Shown one piece after another: positions 58,696 to 64,000 of a stretch of 64,000 nt of DNA. Numbering within the stretch: position 1 is the stretch's first letter; every line of letters begins with the position of its first letter. Made by a program: the position numbers and the translations under genes. This DNA is from Syntrophaceae bacterium (GTDB lineage Bacteria; Desulfobacterota; BSN033; UBA1163): the NCBI GenBank assembly GCA_013388635.1, contig JACAEX010000020.1, positions 5,826 to 69,825 on the forward strand, written 5' to 3'. The notes under the pieces are model-generated. The model was not told the DNA's origin. It saw only the letters and a list, made by a program, of their open reading frames with translations, and did not search any database.

Positions 58696-60239
58696 ATTAT
58701 CAAGAATTGCTTCAATCTCCGATCATCCCACCCCAAATTGTAGCACTGACCCAGAAGGCCAGCTCCAATATGGTCCCTGTCCTCATCCAGGGCGAACAGG
58801 GAACAGGAAAGGAGTTGATCGCAAAGCTCATCCATTACACCGGAGACTGGAAATCTTACCGTTTCCTCAAAATGGATTGTCGAATCATGACGAAAGATAC
58901 ATTTCAGGCCTCCCTCTCCGAGCTTCTTAAAGAGACCGAAGGGGGTGAGACCCCGGCAACCGTTTATCTCAAGGAAGTCGGGTACTTAGGAAAGGAGAGC
59001 CAGTTAAAGCTATTGGAATTGATCGAAGACGGGGTCCTTCAGACTAACGGAGAGAAGAAAGTGATCAAGAATATCCGGTTTATCTCCTCTTCGTCTGAGG
59101 ATTTGAAAGAGAAGGCCGCCCAGGGAAAATTCTTAGAGGATTTATACTATCAATTGAGCACCCTCTCCATTTTCGTACCGCCCTTGCGAGATAGGACAGA
59201 CGAGATTCCGAAGATCGCCCAGTACATCCTGGAAGAATATTCTAAAAGGATGAGGCTTAAGAAGGTGGCCATTTCCAATGATGTCCTCTCGCTTCTGGAA
59301 AGCTACTGGTGGCCAGGGAACCTGCGAGAGCTCGAGCATGTGGTGATCCGGGGAGCGGTTTATTCCGACGGCGAAACGCTGAAAGAGAAGGATCTCTTCT
59401 TTAGACAGGAGGAGGAAAGGACATCTTTCTCCTCTTTTCTGAAGAAGTCTGATGTGAAGCCCCCCCTGCCGAAGGAGAGGGGCTTTTCAGGAGAGGAGGA
59501 TACTCCCTCTTTGTCCGCCTTTCTGATTGAGTTGGTCCACCGGATCAAGAATCCCCTTGTCTCGATCAAGGCATTTACGCAACTCTTGAGGGAAAAATTT
59601 AATGATCCTGAATTCAGAAATCAATATTATCGAGTGGTGACCGAAGATATCGATAGGATCGATTCCCTGCTGAACGGTTTCTTGAACTACATCAAGATCA
59701 ACACCCCGATCGAGAAAAGGAACACGGTTCACGGGGTTCTGGACGATGTTTTAAAGAGGCACGATCCCCAGCTTAAAGACAAACAGATAAAGGTATTTAA
59801 GAGGTATGAAGAAGGCCTTCCCGAAACCATTGTCCACGAGGAGCAGCTTCGCTATATTTTCGATTCGATCCTGCAATATGCGATCTCCTCTGTGCCTCCA
59901 AACGGGAGCATCGGATTTTTGACAAAATCCTCGAACACTCACAAAAAGACTCCCGTCGAAAGAGCACTGTCAAATGGGGAAAAAGGACAGATTGAGATTG
60001 TGGTCGTCTTCACTGGCTATAAGAGGGAAGGCGAACCGTTGAGGAATGTGTTAGGAATTCCCGTCCCCCCGCAGGAGGAGAAGATCGAATTGGAACTGCG
60101 GCTGCTCAAAGAGATTATTCAAAAGAACCGGGGGATGATGAAATTCGAGGTCGACGAGAAGAAACCGCGAACCCTGATCTCTCTGAGCTTCCCCATCGAA
60201 AGAAGAAAGGTGATCTATTACCCGTCAGCAGAATCGTAG
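58692..60239 (+). CDS. degenerate sigma54-type AAA+ domain fused to a pseudo-histidine-kinase domain
   Basis: GEQGTGKE, DLYYQL, WPGNLRELE, no GAFTGA, Walker B YLKEV; then ELVHRIKNPL and a HATPase-like tail without N/G boxes. Confidence 0.8.
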   Translation: MNYQELLQSPIIPPQIVALTQKASSNMVPVLIQGEQGTGKELIAKLIHYTGDWKSYRFLKMDCRIMTKDTFQASLSELLKETEGGETPATVYLKEVGYLGKESQLKLLELIEDGVLQTNGEKKVIKNIRFISSSSEDLKEKAAQGKFLEDLYYQLSTLSIFVPPLRDRTDEIPKIAQYILEEYSKRMRLKKVAISNDVLSLLESYWWPGNLRELEHVVIRGAVYSDGETLKEKDLFFRQEEERTSFSSFLKKSDVKPPLPKERGFSGEEDTPSLSAFLIELVHRIKNPLVSIKAFTQLLREKFNDPEFRNQYYRVVTEDIDRIDSLLNGFLNYIKINTPIEKRNTVHGVLDDVLKRHDPQLKDKQIKVFKRYEEGLPETIVHEEQLRYIFDSILQYAISSVPPNGSIGFLTKSSNTHKKTPVERALSNGEKGQIEIVVVFTGYKREGEPLRNVLGIPVPPQEEKIELELRLLKEIIQKNRGMMKFEVDEKKPRTLISLSFPIERRKVIYYPSAES

Positions 60240-60267
60240 AAGAGATTATAAACTCGAAAGTGGAGGG

Positions 60268-61635
60268 GTGAATGTGAGAAGCGTCTTAATTGTTGACGAT
60301 GAGGCAGGTACCAGGGAATCGATCAAGATGATTCTGAAGAACGATTACGAGGTCTTCTTGGCCAGAGACGCCGAGGAGGCATTTGCTCAGATCAAGGCAC
60401 ATTCGCCGGATGTGATTCTCCTTGACATCATCCTGCCTGATATCGATGGTTTAAAAGTTCTTGAAAAGATTAAGGAAAATGACCCAGATCTGATCGTGAT
60501 CATGATCACCGCAACCAAGACGGTCAAGACAGCCGTTGAGGCGATGAAATTAGGGGCCTACGACTACGTGACCAAGCCCTTCGATGTCGATGAACTCCGG
60601 TTGATCATTAACCGGGCCCTGTCGACTCAGGCCCTGGAGAAGGAGGTCAGATATCTTCGGAAGGAGATCGATAAGGGGTTCAGCTTTGGGAACATCATCG
60701 GTAAAAGTAAGGTAATGGAAGACATTTTTAAGGTGGTCAGGCAAATCGCAGATTCAAAATCGACTGTTCTCATCATGGGAGAGAGCGGAACCGGAAAGGA
60801 GCTAATCTCTCGGGCAATCCATTATAATAGCAATCGAAGGAATTTCCCCTTCGTCACGATCAACTGTGCCGCCATCCCGGAGACCTTGATCGAGAGTGAA
60901 CTGTTCGGCCATGAAAGGGGGGCGTTCACCAATGCGATCGAGAGAAAGTTGGGCCGTTTTGAGATTGCCCATCGGGGGACGATCTTTCTCGATGAGATCG
61001 GTGAATTGAGCCTGAACACACAGGCAAAGATCCTCAGATTCTTAGAGGAGAAGGAGTTCAATCGGGTTGGAGGGTCGAAGACGATCAAAGTCGATGTCAG
61101 GCTGATCACGGCGACCAACAGAGACCTGAATCAGCTCTTAAAAAAAGGGGAGTTCCGGGAGGATCTCTATTATCGGATCAATGTGGTCCCCATCGTCATG
61201 CCACCTCTCCGGGAGAGGAAGGAGGATATCCCTCTCCTGTTAGAGCACTTTATAAAGAAATTCAATGAGGAGAATAATAAAAAGGTCAAAGGGGTTAGCA
61301 AGGAGGCATTGGAACGTATCATGAGTTATGACTGGCCGGGCAACGTTCGGGAATTGGAGAATTTGATCGAGCGCGTGGTCGCTTTGACCTCCAATGAGCT
61401 TATCCAAGCCAACGAGTTACCGTTCTCATTGACCAACGTGCCTAAGCTCAATGGGTTAAAAGAGTCTGTTTTGGAGGGCAAGGTCTCTTTTTCAAAGGCA
61501 GAGGAGGAATTTGAAAGGGATATTATCCTCGACGCCTTGAGAAAGGCCAACTATGTTCAGTCCCGTGCAGCTGAAATACTGGGCATCAGCCGCCGAATAC
61601 TGAAGTACAAGATGGATAAATTAGGAATCGCTTGA
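60268..61635 (+). CDS. sigma54-dependent NtrC-family response regulator
   Basis: REC, GESGTGKE, GAFTNA, FLDEIGE, HTH; GGAGG RBS before GTG. Confidence 0.93.
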   Translation: MNVRSVLIVDDEAGTRESIKMILKNDYEVFLARDAEEAFAQIKAHSPDVILLDIILPDIDGLKVLEKIKENDPDLIVIMITATKTVKTAVEAMKLGAYDYVTKPFDVDELRLIINRALSTQALEKEVRYLRKEIDKGFSFGNIIGKSKVMEDIFKVVRQIADSKSTVLIMGESGTGKELISRAIHYNSNRRNFPFVTINCAAIPETLIESELFGHERGAFTNAIERKLGRFEIAHRGTIFLDEIGELSLNTQAKILRFLEEKEFNRVGGSKTIKVDVRLITATNRDLNQLLKKGEFREDLYYRINVVPIVMPPLRERKEDIPLLLEHFIKKFNEENNKKVKGVSKEALERIMSYDWPGNVRELENLIERVVALTSNELIQANELPFSLTNVPKLNGLKESVLEGKVSFSKAEEEFERDIILDALRKANYVQSRAAEILGISRRILKYKMDKLGIA

Positions 61636-61660
61636 AACAAAGCTAAAAGGAGGCAAAAAG

Positions 61661-61694
61661 GTACAAAATTGTATATCGGTGTTCGATTTTGAGC
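61661..61694. promoter_or_regulatory. candidate enhancer (tandem activator sites)
   Basis: GTACAAAATTGTA (TACAA-N2-TTGTA) plus inverted look-alike GTTCGATTTTGAGC, about 200-230 bp upstream of a -24/-12 promoter. Confidence 0.5.
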
Positions 61695-61839
61695 AAGATT
61701 AATCTTTTCCACTTATTACAATAGGTTACAATTCATGTTGAACGAAATGGCTTAATACTTCGCAAAAAACGGCATATCTTTACCTATCCTTTTAGGCAGG
61801 GATTCTGCCTCTCTTCCCCACCTAAAAATTTCCTTTAGA

Positions 61840-61852
61840 TATCAAATAATTG
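61840..61852 (+). promoter_or_regulatory. IHF binding site
   Basis: TATCAAATAATTG matches WATCAANNNNTTR, between the enhancer and the sigma54 promoter. Confidence 0.55.
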
Positions 61853-61887
61853 TTAAATATCCCTAACCGCATTTTTTTATGCATTTA

Positions 61888-61903
61888 TGGCAAAGTTCTT
61901 GCT
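61888..61903 (+). promoter_or_regulatory. sigma54 promoter of the REC-HD-GYP operon
   Basis: TGGCAAAGTTCTTGCT, GG-N10-GC. Confidence 0.75.
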
Positions 61904-61977
61904 TCAATTCTAACTAACCCCTGGAGAAGCCTCGCCGTTTAGGGAGAAGAGGGGGAGATCACGAAGGGGAGGAGATT

Positions 61978-63099
61978 ATGGAGGCTAAACCCAACGTGCC
62001 TAATGTCCTCATTGTTGACGACGAGATCGGGCCGAGAGAATCCTTAAGAATGATCTTAAAGGCAAACTATAATGTCTTTGCAGTTGAGAATGGGAATGCT
62101 GCGATTCAAATGGTCCAGCAAATCCCGATGGATGTCGTTACATTAGATCTGAAGATGCCTGGCCTCTCCGGAATCGATACCCTTAAGGAACTTCGGCTGA
62201 TCGACCCCGATCTCATGATAATCATCATCACTGGATATGGGACCTTAAAGAGCGCAATCGAAGCGATTCGATATGGAGTCTTTGACTATATTCCCAAGCC
62301 CTTCAACGTACCGGAGATCATCTCCATCATCGATCGATCGGTACAGCGGAGGAAACTCAATTTGAAGATCAAGGAAGTGATCGGTAACTTCTTTGAGGTT
62401 TCGCTCGGTGCATCGCCACTAAAGGACGGCATGCCCATTCAGGATGGAACCGCTCATCCTAAGTGGGGCCGCGAAATACCGTCCGGTGAACAAAACTTTT
62501 TAAAATTCGCCAAGGTCCTCGCCCATACCCTTGAGGAGAAAGACCCTTATACCTCCGGCCACTCCGAGAGGGTCTGTTACTATTCTGATTTTATTGCCAA
62601 GCGGCTTCCCCTCTCTCCGAAAGAACGGGCTGAAATCCAGATCGCTGCCTATCTCCATGATGTCGGGAAGGTCGGGATCAGCAATCGATTCATGAATAAA
62701 AAGGGGACGTTGACGCCTATCGATTGGGCGATCATTAAACAGCATACGAAGAAGTCGATCGAGCTTTTGCTTCCGTTAAACCTCTCTCCGAGCATCCTTG
62801 CGTGCATTCAATATCATCACGAGCGCTTTGACGGAACGGGCTACCCGGATGGACTCGCGGGCGACCAGATCCCAGTAGGGGCGAGGATCATCGCAATCTG
62901 CGACGCCTATGACAGCATGACCTCAGATCAACCCTACCGGAAGCCGCTCTCCCATGAGGAGGCGAAGAGTGAATTATTGAAATTCTCAGGCAAACAATTC
63001 GATCCCAATCTCGTCTCCATCTTTTTAGATGTTCTGAAGGAAATGGAGGAGGTCTTTCTGGTAAGAGACCATCTAAAAGCCCCCTCGATCTCATACTAA
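61978..63099 (+). CDS. response regulator with HD-GYP cyclic-dinucleotide phosphodiesterase domain
   Basis: REC, HSERV, LHDVGK, HHERFDGTGYP, DAYDSMT. Confidence 0.92.
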   Translation: MEAKPNVPNVLIVDDEIGPRESLRMILKANYNVFAVENGNAAIQMVQQIPMDVVTLDLKMPGLSGIDTLKELRLIDPDLMIIIITGYGTLKSAIEAIRYGVFDYIPKPFNVPEIISIIDRSVQRRKLNLKIKEVIGNFFEVSLGASPLKDGMPIQDGTAHPKWGREIPSGEQNFLKFAKVLAHTLEEKDPYTSGHSERVCYYSDFIAKRLPLSPKERAEIQIAAYLHDVGKVGISNRFMNKKGTLTPIDWAIIKQHTKKSIELLLPLNLSPSILACIQYHHERFDGTGYPDGLAGDQIPVGARIIAICDAYDSMTSDQPYRKPLSHEEAKSELLKFSGKQFDPNLVSIFLDVLKEMEEVFLVRDHLKAPSISY

Positions 63100-63124
63100 G
63101 ATGAAAGAAGGAAAGGAGCCACAA

Positions 63125-63886
63125 ATGAACCAACTCATCCGCTGCGTCAATTGCGACGCAATCTTTCTCAAGACCCCATTCGATCAGTACCCGGAATATG
63201 ACCCGGACTCAACCCATTCACCTGAATCATTTCGAACCATTGAAAAGGATGACCTCCAGGATTTTCTAAAGAATCACCGCGGCCACCGAATGGAAGAATT
63301 GAAGGTCCTGGAAGACTCGTTCGTCAGTGAAAGAGACTACATCGAACCGGTCAAGACCTCCTATTTCAAGGCGACCAATGGAACCGAGAAGTTCGTCATT
63401 AAGAAATTCAGGGAGAAGATCGAAGAGCCGCTCCGATATCAGTTGATTCATGGAGACTATTGTTTAAAGTGTATTGGAATCGAAATCCGGTCTGAAGAGA
63501 TCGCCAAACAGCTCCAGGCAGAATTCAAGGCGACCCCCCTTCCCCCTGACAAGCTGGAGGCCTTTCTCAAGCTATTTCACTATATTGCTAAAAACACGGA
63601 TGTCAACAAATTGGAGAGAATTCCTGAAGAGTCCTCGAATCCGTTGGAGATCTATTACAGGATCGACGATATCAGTCTGGTTTATCTGCTGAGGAACTGC
63701 CGCAATATCTTTCAAGGCCAGGAATACACGGCCATCGAAGATTTCATCCGTCGGCATAAGGACGACGGCGTGCTCTTGCTGAAGGCCACGTATCGGATCC
63801 AGATCAACGAGGTAGCTAAAAAGAGAAAAAGGCTTATGGCAGCCCAGATTCGCCCAGAAAGGGCAAGGGTCGTAGCCAAAGGATAA
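63125..63886 (+). CDS. hypothetical protein with possible Zn site
   Basis: AAGGAG before ATG 63125 (frame open from 63101); CVNC ... HRGH. Confidence 0.7.
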   Translation: MNQLIRCVNCDAIFLKTPFDQYPEYDPDSTHSPESFRTIEKDDLQDFLKNHRGHRMEELKVLEDSFVSERDYIEPVKTSYFKATNGTEKFVIKKFREKIEEPLRYQLIHGDYCLKCIGIEIRSEEIAKQLQAEFKATPLPPDKLEAFLKLFHYIAKNTDVNKLERIPEESSNPLEIYYRIDDISLVYLLRNCRNIFQGQEYTAIEDFIRRHKDDGVLLLKATYRIQINEVAKKRKRLMAAQIRPERARVVAKG

Positions 63887-63928
63887 TCTCGGGTCCCTTT
63901 TAACCCTTCCACGATCTCTAAGCCAGAA

Positions 63929-63957
63929 TTGACATACCGATCTGCGTCTGTTATCGT
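63929..63957 (+). promoter_or_regulatory. sigma70-like promoter for a gene beyond the window
   Basis: TTGACA-N17-TATCGT with extended -10 TG. Confidence 0.5.
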
Positions 63958-64000
63958 TTACCATCAAGATAAACAGACCAACGGGTATCGTCTTGTCGTC

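Overview
Bacterial chromosome segment, most likely from a deltaproteobacterium (Desulfobacterota-like; inferred from gene content and order). From left to right: (1) 1-17670, a surface-glycan locus with a wHTH regulator, Wzm/Wzt ABC exporter, two methyltransferases, GT2/GT4 glycosyltransferases, an AsnB-type amidotransferase and a TMTC-like GT-C/TPR glycosyltransferase; (2) 17995-47243, a type IVa pilus super-cluster with pilD, a two-component pair, two minor-pilin/PilY1 sets, a compact SgmX-like TPR protein, a REC-DUF4388/mglB/mglA/CheW-like/kinase/sigma54-activator operon and pilMNOPQ; (3) 47254-54346, minus-strand housekeeping genes (pyrD, pyrK, rimI, TPR protein, mobA, dnaJ, FmdB-like) and a four-helix-bundle pseudogene; (4) 54459-63886, a signalling locus in which a stand-alone ketosynthase sits directly upstream of a multi-TM/GAF histidine kinase, a degenerate AAA+/pseudo-kinase fusion and an NtrC-type activator, followed by a sigma54-driven REC-HD-GYP gene. 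A shared GTACAAAATTGT motif links the ketosynthase promoter and the sigma54 enhancer region. Locus 4 is the best candidate for an undescribed system (a ketosynthase-based autoinducer circuit feeding c-di-GMP). Four -24/-12 promoters, a MITE with an 8-bp target duplication and several intergenic palindromic repeat families are visible. No rRNA, tRNA, CRISPR or transposase was seen. All product calls come from motif recognition by eye; no database search was run.
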